The notes beneath the pieces were generated by a model, which ran no database searches, was not told the origin of the DNA, and saw nothing but the letters and a program-made list of their open reading frames with translations. Positions 1-8,298 of a stretch of 28,708 nt of DNA are shown in pieces (within the stretch, counting starts at the first letter, position 1; each line of letters begins with the position of its first letter). The DNA is from an uncultured Halobacteriales archaeon (GTDB lineage Archaea; Halobacteriota; Halobacteria; Halobacteriales; Natrialbaceae): the NCBI GenBank assembly GCA_964542685.1, contig CAZIVN010000001.1:1-28708 (forward strand), written 5' to 3'. The position numbers were made by a program, and so were the translations under genes.

Positions 1-21
1 GGTGGCGGGGTCGCGGACTGA
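1..21 (+). CDS. Probable 3' end of a gene entering the window (...GGGVAD*)
   Basis: Frame 1 reads ggt ggc ggg gtc gcg gac tga; only 6 codons are visible. Confidence 0.4.
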   Translation, partial: GGGVAD

Positions 22-100
22 TACGGTTTCGTTTCACTGTTTACCGGTGATCGCCGGTACCGTACGGGCGATCACCGGTAATGAATGAAACGAAACCGTA
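22..100. mobile_element. 79-bp palindromic MITE-like element, copy 1
   Basis: TACGGTTTCGTTTCA-ctgt-TTACCGGTGATCGCC-loop-GGCGATCACCGGTAA-tgaa-TGAAACGAAACCGTA, flanked by TGA (19-21) and TGA (101-103). Confidence 0.85.
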
Positions 101-103
101 TGA

Positions 104-182
104 TACGGTCCTGTTTCGTCGATTGCCGGTGCGCACCGGCACCGCATCCGTGTTCACCGGGACACAGTGAACCGAACCCGTA
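104..182. mobile_element. Degenerate tandem copy of the 79-bp element
   Basis: Same length; TACGG...CCGTA ends and CCGGTG, TCACCGG and ACAGTGAA blocks are retained, with many substitutions. Confidence 0.7.
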
Positions 183-269
183 TGCGACGGCACGATCGGT
201 CGCCGCGGGTGTGCAGTTCCGGTGCCGACGGGCGAACCCCTTTTGCCCGGCCCCGGCGACGTACGGGGT

Positions 270-1670
270 ATGGTACACGTCGCGATCATCGGTGCGTACG
301 GGAGCGCGGGCGCCGCCGCGGCCGGTCGACTGGCCGACCGTCCGGGCGTCGAACTGACGCTCGTCGACGACGGGGATCCGGGTGGCGGGCTCTGTATTCT
401 CCGTGGCTGTATGCCGTCGAAGGAGGTCATCTCCGCCGGCGCACACCGGTTCCAGGCGCGTCACGACGGCCGCCTCGTCGGCGACCCGCCCGACGTCGAC
501 CTCGAACGGGTCGTCGCGACGAAAGACGAGCACGTCTCCTCGTTCGCCGAACACCGTCGGGCCGCCGTCCACGACCTGACCGAACGGGAGGACGTCGAGT
601 TCCTCCACGAGCACGCCCGGTTCCTGGACGACGATCGGATCGCGGTCGGCGACCGGACGATCGAACCGGACTACGTCGTCGTCGCCACCGGCTCGACGGT
701 GAACCTCCCGGACTTGCCGGGGATGGACGAGGTCGACCCGCTGACCAGCGCGGACGTCCTCGACGCGACGAGCGCCCCGGACTCCGGCGTCGTGATGGGC
801 TTTGGCTACATCGGTCTGGAACTGGTGCCGTACCTCGCGGAGGCCGGGGCCGACCTGACCGTGATCGAACACGACGACCGGCCCCTCGACGAGGCCGACC
901 CGCCGTTCGGCGACGAACTGCTTGACCTGTACCGCGACCACTGGGACGTCGACGTGCGGACGAACACGTACGAGGAAGCAGTCGAGTCGACCGGCGACGG
1001 CGTCCGACTGCACGTCGAGGGGCCGGACGGCGAGGACGCGATCGAGGCCGAGGAACTGTACTGTTTCACGGGCCGTCGGCCCGCCCTCGACGGTCTGGGA
1101 CTGGAGCACACGTCCATCGAACCGGGGCCCGGATGGGTCGCGGACACGATGCAGTCCACGGATCACGAACACGTGTTCGTCGCCGGGGACGCGAACGGCA
1201 TCGAACCGATCCTCCACGTCGCCAAGGAACAGGCGTTCCGGACGGCCGAGAACGTCCTCGCCCACGCGCGAGGTGACGACCTCGAACCGTACGAGAACGT
1301 CCACCACCACGTCGTCTTCTCCGGACTGGGCGTCTACCCGTTCGCGCGCGTCGGGCTCTCGAAGGCGGCGGCGACGGAGCGAGGCCGCGACCACGTCGCG
1401 GTGACCCGCCAGGCCAGCGACGACGGCGTGTTCGAGACGAAGGACGTCCCCGGGGGCCTGGCCTCGCTGGTCGTCGACTCTCACGACGGGACCGTCCTGG
1501 GCTACCAGGGCCTGCACTACCACGCGGACGTGATGGCCAAGACGATGCAACTGGCCGTCGAGATGGAACTGGACGTCCGCGAGATTCCCGACCGTGCGTA
1601 CCACCCGACGACGCCCGAGATCGTCGACGGCCTCGTTCGGGAGGCCGCGGCCGCCGTCGGGCAGCACTGA
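270..1670 (+). CDS. Dihydrolipoyl dehydrogenase-family flavoprotein disulfide reductase
   Basis: N-terminal FAD-binding VAIIGAYGSAG, redox-active GGLCILRGCMPSK, GFGYIGLE NAD site, C-terminal HPTTPE; ATG at 270 preferred over 222. Confidence 0.85.
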   Translation: MVHVAIIGAYGSAGAAAAGRLADRPGVELTLVDDGDPGGGLCILRGCMPSKEVISAGAHRFQARHDGRLVGDPPDVDLERVVATKDEHVSSFAEHRRAAVHDLTEREDVEFLHEHARFLDDDRIAVGDRTIEPDYVVVATGSTVNLPDLPGMDEVDPLTSADVLDATSAPDSGVVMGFGYIGLELVPYLAEAGADLTVIEHDDRPLDEADPPFGDELLDLYRDHWDVDVRTNTYEEAVESTGDGVRLHVEGPDGEDAIEAEELYCFTGRRPALDGLGLEHTSIEPGPGWVADTMQSTDHEHVFVAGDANGIEPILHVAKEQAFRTAENVLAHARGDDLEPYENVHHHVVFSGLGVYPFARVGLSKAAATERGRDHVAVTRQASDDGVFETKDVPGGLASLVVDSHDGTVLGYQGLHYHADVMAKTMQLAVEMELDVREIPDRAYHPTTPEIVDGLVREAAAAVGQH

Positions 1671-1845
1671 TCGGTCGACCCGTCGCGACTGTCACGCCGC
1701 GTTCGAACGTCTGTCATCTACGATCTCGTGTCTGCTACGCTAGACAGTGATACGCGCGGGAGGGCTACGCGGCGAAGCCCGGCCGAACCCGATACGTCGG
1801 GCGGTGGAGGGTCGGCGTGGTCACGGGCCGTGGTCCGTGTTACCC

Positions 1846-1871
1846 TTAGTATAAGAAGAGCTATATACTAA
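1846..1871. promoter_or_regulatory. Inverted repeat TTAGTATA-N10-TATACTAA over the Hsp20 promoter
   Basis: Perfect 8-bp arms in an AT-rich patch 23-48 nt upstream of the ATG at 1894. Confidence 0.5.
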
Positions 1872-1893
1872 AAAAGCGTATGTATATGTGATC

Positions 1894-2325
1894 ATGACGA
1901 TCAGAACTTTCGACGACGTAAACAGTATGTTTGACGGAATGGACAGCTTCGACGACCTCCGACGCCGACTCTCGACGCCTCTCTGGGACGACGAGTCCAG
2001 TGGCCGCAAGTTGATCGACACCGACGAGGGCTACGCGCTCGTCGTCGACATGCCCGGCTTCGAACGCGACGACATCGACGTGACGGTGATGGACGGCGTC
2101 CTCACCATCGACGCACGGATCGAACACACGGCGATGGACGAGTCCGCCGACGACGTGCGGACCCTCCACAGTGCGACCCGGAGCCGCCGGACCCACGAAC
2201 GGATGCGCCTGCCAGAAGGCGTCGTCGTCGACGACATCTCGGCGACCTACCGCAACGGCGTCCTCGAGATTCTCCTCCCCGCCGAGGACGTCTCGACGGG
2301 CGTGACCATCGACGTCAGCCGGTAG
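1894..2325 (+). CDS. Hsp20/alpha-crystallin small heat shock protein
   Basis: YALVVDMPGFERDDIDV...GVLTI...ISATYRNGVLEILLP alpha-crystallin motifs. Confidence 0.92.
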   Translation: MTIRTFDDVNSMFDGMDSFDDLRRRLSTPLWDDESSGRKLIDTDEGYALVVDMPGFERDDIDVTVMDGVLTIDARIEHTAMDESADDVRTLHSATRSRRTHERMRLPEGVVVDDISATYRNGVLEILLPAEDVSTGVTIDVSR

Positions 2326-2675
2326 ACGCGAGGTTCTCTGCTCTCTCCCTCTGGTCTCTCCGGTCCTCGCCCCGTCTCTGGTTCCGACTGCTCCGCTGTT
2401 CGACGTCTCTCTTCCGGACCTCCGCCCCGCCCCGTCGACCGTCTTCCGCCGGTACGGTTCGGTTTCCCACCGGTACGGTTCGTCGACCGGCAGGCCCGAA
2501 TTTGGCCGACCGGAAATTGATGCATATACTTTTTGGCGAACTGTATCCAGATATATGTCTTGTGGCTAAAATTCCCAGGCTGTTTAAGTACCAACCGCTA
2601 GTGTCAGGCTCACATAATCACGTTTAAGTGTGGTTCGCCTGTACCATCGCATGCGCTGGCACCCGGAGGATTACC

Positions 2676-2912
2676 ATGACAAAGACACTCGGAATCGTCA
2701 ACACCGTCCTGGGGACGTTCCTGGCCACGCTCGCGACGTGGTTCCTGGTGCAGGGACCGGTTCTCAACGGTGTTCTGCCGCCTGTCTGGTTGTTGCTCGG
2801 CGCTATCGGTGGGTTCTTGCTCGGTGTCGTGTTGCTCGCCTGGGGGACGAAGACGTATCTCTACGAGCGCGAACGGACCGAGCGAGTGACTCCACCCAAG
2901 GGCCACATCTGA
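2676..2912 (+). CDS. Small two-TM membrane protein (78 aa)
   Basis: GGAGGA Shine-Dalgarno at 2665-2670, ATG at 2676, two hydrophobic segments; its TGA stop is the left TSD of MITE copy 2. Confidence 0.7.
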   Translation: MTKTLGIVNTVLGTFLATLATWFLVQGPVLNGVLPPVWLLLGAIGGFLLGVVLLAWGTKTYLYERERTERVTPPKGHI

Positions 2913-2991
2913 TACGGTTTCGTTTCATCTATTACCGGTGATCGCCCGTACGGTACCAGCGATCACCGGTAAACAGTGAAACGAAACCGTA
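2913..2991. mobile_element. 79-bp palindromic MITE-like element, copy 2 (inverted relative to copy 1)
   Basis: Differs from the reverse complement of copy 1 at 3 positions; TGA at 2910-2912 and 2992-2994. Confidence 0.85.
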
Positions 2992-3103
2992 TGAGGCGGC
3001 CGCTCCGAATTTTTCGGCGTCCGGTCCCTGACAGCGACGCGTTCGCGGCCCGTGCCCGCCGGTCGGCCTCCCGGAGGGTCGCCCGGCGGTGTCGGGACTC
3101 GGT

Positions 3104-4840
3104 TCAGTCCTGGAAGCGAGCGTCCGCGAGGGTTCGCTGGACGACGTCGTTGCCGACGGCCTCGGCCAGCGTCTCGAACCCGACGCGCTCGGTGCGGTCG
3201 TCCGCGTCGGCGACCAGTCGCGAGACGATGAACTCCGGCGTGGACTTCCCGACGGTGTCGAAGCGGGGCTGGTAGTCCACCTGTAACTCGAGCTCCGGCG
3301 ACAGCCCCTCGGCGAAGATGCCGTCGACGCGGGCCTGGTCGGGCAAGGGTTCCAGGTCGTCGGCGAGGTGGGTGACGAACGCGCCGACGGCGTCCCGGTC
3401 GACGGTCAACTGGACCAGGCCGTGCAGGAGGTCCGCCGCCGACCCCGGTTCCGTGATGGCCTCGAACTCGTCGACGAGCATCAGCGTGCCCCCGTCGCCG
3501 GACAGCGGCGGGACGATAGAGCGCAGCGTCGACTCCAGGACGCCGGCGTTGAAACTGGCGTGCCGGCGGTGGAAGACGACGTCGTCGAACGTCGTCACCT
3601 CGGCGGCCTCGGCGGGCACCGGCAGGCCCATCGAGGCCAGCAGGACGGTCCCACAGACCGTCTCCAGGAGCGTCGTCTTCCCGCCGCTGTTGGCGCCGGT
3701 GACCACCGCGACCCGTTCGTCGCCGGCGCCGACGTCCAGGTCGGTCTCGCCCAGCGAGTAGTCGACCGGCTGGACGTCCTCGCCGGCGGCCTCGAGCGCG
3801 AGGTTGCGCGCCCCGCGCAGGGCGACGCCGCCGTCGCCGAACGTCGGCCGCGTCAGGTCGTGGGCGTCCGCGAAGCGGGCCAGCGTGAGGTAGAAGGCGG
3901 CGTCGTCGACGGTTTCTACGGCACGGTCGACGTCCTCCCGGGCGGCCGCGACGGTGGCATCGAGATCCTCACGGACCTCCCGCTCGCGGGCGTCGCGGGC
4001 CTCGCGCAGGTCGTCGGCCAGCGTCCGCAGGCCCTCGCCGACGAAGTCCGTGGGGTCGGCGGCGTCGGCCGGCGCGGCCTCGCGGACGCGGGCCGGGTCG
4101 ACGGCGGTCTCCTCGCGGACGCGTTCGACGAACGCCTCGCGAAACTCCGCAGCGTCCCTGGCGCCGGCGTCCCGGACGTCGTCGATGACGTCCAGGGCGT
4201 TTGCCTCCAGGCGGTCGACGGCCGCGGCCGTCTCGCGCACCCGGTCGAGTTCGTCGTCGGCGCCCTCCCGGACCGTCTCGCCGTCGAGTGCGCCCAGCGC
4301 CGCCGCCGCCTCGTCCAACCCCTCCGGGTCGAGGTCGGCCAGTGGCGCGAAGGGGCCGTCGGTGACGGCGGCCTTGCGCAGGGCCAGTGCCGCCTCGACG
4401 GCGGCCCGTTCGCTCTCGGCGGCCTCGTCGTACGCCGCGAACGCCGACAGGACGCGCTCGCGGTCCTCGGCGTCCAGGTCGGCCCACGCGGCGCGGGCCG
4501 TGAGGACGGCGTCCAGGCGGTCGGTCATCGCGTCACGGGTCGACAGCGGCGTCATCACGCGGACCCGGTCCTCGGCGCCGGCCGTGACGGCGTGTTCGGC
4601 GGCCAGGTCCAGCAGGTCCTTGTACACCGAGCGAGCGTCGGGCGTCGCCAGCGTGTCGAGTCCCGCCCCGCCGGTCGCGTGTCGGAGGATGCGCGTCGCC
4701 CGGCCGCGGGAGAGTCCGGCCTCGGTCAGCGTCCGCACGTCCGCGGCCTCGATGGCGCGGATCGCCGCCTCCGTACCGATCGTCGACGCCAGTTGCTCGC
4801 GGGTCTTCGGCCCCACGCCCCAGTACTCCTCCAGTCGCAT
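3104..4840 (-). CDS. MutS-related ATPase (haloarchaeal MutS5-like): N-terminal HhH plus MutS domain V
   Basis: Start MRLEEYWGVGPKT; Walker A TGANSGGKTTLL; LVDEFEAITEPG Walker B; FVTH motif; no mismatch-binding domain evident. Confidence 0.85.
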   Translation of the reverse strand: MRLEEYWGVGPKTREQLASTIGTEAAIRAIEAADVRTLTEAGLSRGRATRILRHATGGAGLDTLATPDARSVYKDLLDLAAEHAVTAGAEDRVRVMTPLSTRDAMTDRLDAVLTARAAWADLDAEDRERVLSAFAAYDEAAESERAAVEAALALRKAAVTDGPFAPLADLDPEGLDEAAAALGALDGETVREGADDELDRVRETAAAVDRLEANALDVIDDVRDAGARDAAEFREAFVERVREETAVDPARVREAAPADAADPTDFVGEGLRTLADDLREARDAREREVREDLDATVAAAREDVDRAVETVDDAAFYLTLARFADAHDLTRPTFGDGGVALRGARNLALEAAGEDVQPVDYSLGETDLDVGAGDERVAVVTGANSGGKTTLLETVCGTVLLASMGLPVPAEAAEVTTFDDVVFHRRHASFNAGVLESTLRSIVPPLSGDGGTLMLVDEFEAITEPGSAADLLHGLVQLTVDRDAVGAFVTHLADDLEPLPDQARVDGIFAEGLSPELELQVDYQPRFDTVGKSTPEFIVSRLVADADDRTERVGFETLAEAVGNDVVQRTLADARFQD

Positions 4841-4928
4841 ACCCGTGACTGTGACGGGACGGTGCAAAAACCGGTCGGTCCGGGCCGCCGAGGCCCCGGT
4901 CCCGGTTCGGACGGCGGCGAGCGCGGCG

Positions 4929-5366
4929 CTACGGTCGGAACAGCCGGTAGGTCGCCGTGCCGACGGCGACGGTCTGGTGGCCGGCGTCGGGCGGACCGCT
5001 GGTGACAGTGACCTCGGCGACGCCGACGGAGCCGCCGGCCCGCACCACGTCGGCGTCGACGTAGACGTCGTCGGTCGCCGGCCGCAGGTACGAGACGTTG
5101 ACGTTGGTCGTCATCACGCCGGTGCCCCGCGACTCGTCCAGCATCGTCCGCAGGGCGAACTCGCTGGCGGCGTCCGCGACCGTCGAGACGACGCCGGTGT
5201 GGACGTACTCGCCGTCGTCGGCCGGGTTCGTCAGCGACTCGTCGTACGGGACCGACAGCACGACGCGTCCCGGGTCGACGCGCTCGGGTTCGATCCCGAT
5301 CCACGACAGGAACTCGTGTGCGTCGAGGTACGCCTCGACGGCCGCCTCGTCGGTGTCCGTGTCCAT
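4929..5366 (-). CDS. PaaI-family (hot-dog) thioesterase
   Basis: VHTGVVSTVADAA...TTNVNVSYLRPA...VVRAGGSVGVAEV; ATTCAA TATA variant 32 nt upstream of the ATG at 5366. Confidence 0.88.
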   Translation of the reverse strand: MDTDTDEAAVEAYLDAHEFLSWIGIEPERVDPGRVVLSVPYDESLTNPADDGEYVHTGVVSTVADAASEFALRTMLDESRGTGVMTTNVNVSYLRPATDDVYVDADVVRAGGSVGVAEVTVTSGPPDAGHQTVAVGTATYRLFRP

Positions 5367-5446
5367 CGTCTCACTCTGCCCGTCCCGAGCACTTGAATCC
5401 CGGTGGCAGTGCGGGGCGACCGGGAGACGGCCGTCCGGGGGTTTCA

Positions 5447-5635
5447 TACGGATTAGTTTCATCTATCACCGGTGATCGCCGGTACCGTACGGGCGATCAC
5501 CGGTAAACAGTGAAACTATAGTAATCGTTGAAAGTCAATGCGCACCTTCCTCGGGAAGAGCGGCCAGCGAGGCCCTCGCTGGCCGTCTCACTCCGGGGAG
5601 TGTGCAAATAGTTTCAACGACTACTATAAACCGTA
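5447..5635. mobile_element. 79-bp MITE copy 3, interrupted by a nested element
   Basis: TCA direct repeats at 5444-5446 and 5636-5638 (TGA on the minus strand; the latter is the NUDIX stop); removing the 110-bp insert restores 79 bp. Confidence 0.85.
5519..5626. mobile_element. Nested 108-bp MITE with 15-bp TIRs and a TA target duplication
   Basis: TAGTAATCGTTGAAA...TTTCAACGACTACTA (14/15 match); TA at 5517-5518 and 5627-5628; internal perfect hairpin CGGCCAGCGAG/CTCGCTGGCCG. Confidence 0.8.
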
Positions 5636-6349
5636 TCAGTCCGGGAGGTAGCCGTCGGCGCGGGCGAGCAGGAGCCCCTCCAGGGTCGCGTCGTTGGTCG
5701 ACCCGCTCCGTGCCGCGGCCAGTGCGTCGCCGGCGGGCCGGGACCCGATGCCGAGGAACTCGTTGGTGTCGAGTGCGCGCTGGCCGGCCGAGAGGTCGCG
5801 TGCGAGTACGTATCCGCGGTGGTGGCGCAACACGCCCGTCGAACACCAGACGGTGTCCAGAAGCGTCGTCTCGCCGGGGACGAGGCCGGTCTCCTCCTCC
5901 AGTTCGCGGGCCGCGGCGATTTCGTAGGTCTCGCCGTTCTCCACGATGCCCGCGGGGAGTTCCAGCTGGGTCTGGCGGATGACGGGGCGGTACTGCTCGA
6001 CGAAGACGACGTGGTCGCCGGTCGTCGCGTCGTCGGTGTGCCCGTCTTCGCCCGCACCTTCCCTCTCGGCAACGCTGCCGGGCAGGTCGTCGTCCACCGC
6101 GATCACCACGACGGCTGGGGGGAGTTGCGCCCAGTAGTACTCTTTCTCGGTGCCGTCGGGCTGTTCGACGCGGTCGTAGCCGCCGGTGTACCAGCCAGTT
6201 TCGTACTCGGCGGCGCGCTCCCGGACCGGCCACTCCGGGTCGCGATCGTACGCCGCGGGGTAGTGCCCGTCCGCGTCTCCGTCCCCGTCGCTCCCGGCCG
6301 TCGCGGTCGGGTCCTCGCTGCGGTCGCGGCGTGGGTCGTCCTCGCTCAT
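5636..6349 (-). CDS. NUDIX hydrolase (ADP-ribose pyrophosphatase-like)
   Basis: EQYRP...LELPAGIVENGETYEIAAARELEEETG Nudix box; ATG at 6349 overlaps the upstream stop (ATGA). Confidence 0.9.
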   Translation of the reverse strand: MSEDDPRRDRSEDPTATAGSDGDGDADGHYPAAYDRDPEWPVRERAAEYETGWYTGGYDRVEQPDGTEKEYYWAQLPPAVVVIAVDDDLPGSVAEREGAGEDGHTDDATTGDHVVFVEQYRPVIRQTQLELPAGIVENGETYEIAAARELEEETGLVPGETTLLDTVWCSTGVLRHHRGYVLARDLSAGQRALDTNEFLGIGSRPAGDALAAARSGSTNDATLEGLLLARADGYLPD

Positions 6350-6738
6350 CCGTCGTCCTCCCGTTCGATCGTCACCCGATAGACGGTTTCGTTCCGACGG
6401 ACGTAGACGGCGTCGTCGGTCGCGGCCGTCGGGTACTGGGTCCTGATCGCCTCCAGTTCGTCGAACGGCGAGTGGGTGAACGACCCCTTCAGTCCGACCG
6501 GTCCCTTCCAGTAGCGGTCGGAGGTGCCCCCGTCCAGCGCTTTCACGAGGTACGGGTAGCGTCGCTCCGAGAGGTTGTCGGCGGCGACCGGTTCGACGTC
6601 GTCGTCGAGGTCGGCCGTCTCCGCGGGCGTGGCGTGCGTCCGGTACGGGTCGCCCGAGCGCAACAGACTCGGCAGCGCACCCAGGCCCAGCAACACCACG
6701 ACGACGACGCCGACGACGAGCCAGCCCCTCCGGTTCAT
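6346..6738 (-). CDS. Hypothetical membrane-anchored protein
   Basis: N-terminal RR plus hydrophobic helix, acidic soluble domain, ATGA coupling to NUDIX. Confidence 0.75.
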   Translation of the reverse strand: MNRRGWLVVGVVVVVLLGLGALPSLLRSGDPYRTHATPAETADLDDDVEPVAADNLSERRYPYLVKALDGGTSDRYWKGPVGLKGSFTHSPFDELEAIRTQYPTAATDDAVYVRRNETVYRVTIEREDDG

Positions 6739-6832
6739 CGCCCGGCCGTAGGGCCCTGTTCGGCATACCCGTTTCGAAGGCCCGTCCGGGTCCCCGGTTC
6801 CGGCGGCGCGGGAGCGTCGCCCGGGGCCCGAC

Positions 6833-7276
6833 CTACAGGAGGCCGTCGTACAGCCGTCCGAACGCCTGCCGCCGGAGGGTCGCCACCGCGGCGTCGCGTT
6901 CGTCCTGGAACGTCGCCGCGACGGCCGCCTCGGCGACGGGGGCGACGTGCCAGACGACGTGGTCGACGTGGTCGCTGCCCGCGACGTGGCAGTCGCCGCC
7001 GTACCCCTCGCGCCACGTCTCGAACGTCTCGTCGGTCCCGACCCGGACCCGCAACAGCGAGGCGAACAGCGCGTCCCGGGCCGTCTCGACGACGTCGCTG
7101 TCCACCCGTTCGTCGTACTCCGCGCGGTCGAATTCCATCGCCTTCGTCGTCTCCCGCACGACCGTCTGGGCGGCCGGGCCTACGGCCTCGTAGGCATCGT
7201 GGAGTTCCGCCTCGTCGGCCGGTTCCAGCCACCCCACCGTCTCGACGTCCTCGGTCGGTGCCGTCTCGTCACTCAT
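6833..7276 (-). CDS. DUF5809-family conserved haloarchaeal protein
   Basis: GPAAQTVVRETTKAMEFDRAEYDERV...VETARDALFASLL pattern recalled for this family. Confidence 0.75.
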   Translation of the reverse strand: MSDETAPTEDVETVGWLEPADEAELHDAYEAVGPAAQTVVRETTKAMEFDRAEYDERVDSDVVETARDALFASLLRVRVGTDETFETWREGYGGDCHVAGSDHVDHVVWHVAPVAEAAVAATFQDERDAAVATLRRQAFGRLYDGLL

Positions 7277-7402
7277 ACTCGACGCAAGCGCCGGCGTGCA
7301 GGTATGCGTTTCCGTCTCGGCTCGACCCTGGCGTGAGCGTTCCATCGCGTTCTGGACCGACCTTTCACGGGCCGAGGTGCCCTGCACGACCGGCCAGGGT
7401 GG

Positions 7403-7528
7403 GACTGGAAGGGGCCGAGCGGTCGATCCGGTGAGGCGACGTAAGGACCGCAGCCGAACGGAGTGAGGCGAGGACCGCAGCGAGCCGCAACCGGTCGAGC
7501 GCGAGGGGGCTTCCGGGAGTTGGCAGTC
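7403..7528. repeat. Structured intergenic repeat-like element
   Basis: GACTG...CAGTC ends, inner TCGATCCGGT/ACCGGTCGA stem, AGGACCGCAG twice, GAACGGAGTGAG motif also at about 8265. Confidence 0.5.
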
Positions 7529-7626
7529 GTGGGGTTCGGGGAATCATCGGTGTCGTTGCTGTCCGATTCGCTCCCTCTCGGTTGCAAAAGGCGTATGTCC
7601 CTCCTGATCCAAGCCTCGCCCGACAG

Positions 7627-8100
7627 ATGGCGTGGCGCTACCTGCTGGCACTGCTGGTGATTCCGATCGCGGACGCGGCGTTGCTGTTGCTCGTGTTCGC
7701 GCCGTACCTCGGCCTCGTCGAGACCGTCGCCCTGGTCGTGATCACGGCACTGCTCGGGATGGTGTTCGTCCGCGCGGAGGGCCGGCGCACGCTCGGGAAG
7801 ATCCAGCGGTCGCTGTCGCGTGGCGAACCGCCGACCGACGAACTGATCGACGGCGGCCTCCTGATCGCCGCGGGCGCCTTCCTGCTGACGCCCGGGTTCG
7901 TCACGGACCTGATCGCGCTGTTGCTGGTCGTCCCGCCGACGCGGTACCCGATCAGGGTGGTCATCCGAAAGTACGTCGTCACGCCGTACCTCGACGAGAA
8001 GACGGGCGGGTTCGCCACCGGCCAGGTGTACACCTTCGGCTTCCCCGACGACGCCGAGGACGACGAGGACTACGTCGACGTCGACTTCGAGGAACGGTGA
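7627..8100 (+). CDS. fxsA: FxsA-family membrane protein
   Basis: LLVIPIADAALL...TALLGMVFVRAEG...LLIAAGAFLLTPGFVTDLIALLL. Confidence 0.88.
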   Translation: MAWRYLLALLVIPIADAALLLLVFAPYLGLVETVALVVITALLGMVFVRAEGRRTLGKIQRSLSRGEPPTDELIDGGLLIAAGAFLLTPGFVTDLIALLLVVPPTRYPIRVVIRKYVVTPYLDEKTGGFATGQVYTFGFPDDAEDDEDYVDVDFEER

Positions 8101-8127
8101 CAACGCGTGTCGTCGAACTGCAGGAAA

Positions 8128-8141
8128 GAAACGCTTTTACC
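8128..8141 (+). promoter_or_regulatory. BRE/TATA promoter of tRNA-Ile
   Basis: GAAACGCTTTTACC about 30-45 nt upstream of the mature tRNA. Confidence 0.55.
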
Positions 8142-8171
8142 ATCCACCCGACAACCTCGGAATGCAGACGC

Positions 8172-8245
8172 GGGCCAATAGCTCAATTAGGTAGAGCGCC
8201 ACTCTGATAAGGTGGAGGCTTTCGGTTCAAATCCGAATTGGCCCA
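8172..8245 (+). tRNA. tRNA-Ile(GAT)
   Basis: GGGCCAA/TTGGCCC acceptor stem, GCTC/GAGC D stem, CCACT-CTGATAA-GGTGG anticodon arm, TTCGG-TTCAAAT-CCGAA T arm; CCA not encoded. Confidence 0.97.
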
Positions 8246-8298
8246 CTTCTCGCCGCGAACGACGCGAACGGAGTGAGCCGTGAGCGGCGTACAAACGA

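Noticed and set aside
19-185. Tandem ~81-bp units as a CRISPR array
   Set aside because: Only two units, no spacers, each unit a full palindrome, no cas genes; better explained as MITEs
72-1667. Long antisense or alternative-frame ORFs (also 3368-5005, 10985-12115, 15531-17297, 19073-20395, 24173-25735 and others)
   Set aside because: Shadow frames of real genes in high-GC DNA; Arg/Pro/Val-rich, no motifs, not acidic
270-1670. Mercuric reductase MerA
   Set aside because: No C-terminal Cys-Cys pair, no N-terminal metal-binding domain, no mer genes nearby; the HPTTPE end fits the lipoamide dehydrogenase-like group
2247-2594. 115-aa minus-strand ORF
   Set aside because: Runs through promoter-like AT-rich DNA and low-complexity sequence and overlaps the Hsp20 3' end
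3104-4840. MutS homologue as a novelty or canonical mismatch-repair MutS1
   Set aside because: Lacks the mismatch-recognition domain; this architecture is a known haloarchaeal MutS5-like family
6020-6100. Acidic ~20-aa insertion in the NUDIX protein as a mobile insert or intein
   Set aside because: In-frame low-complexity loop with no intein motifs or TSD
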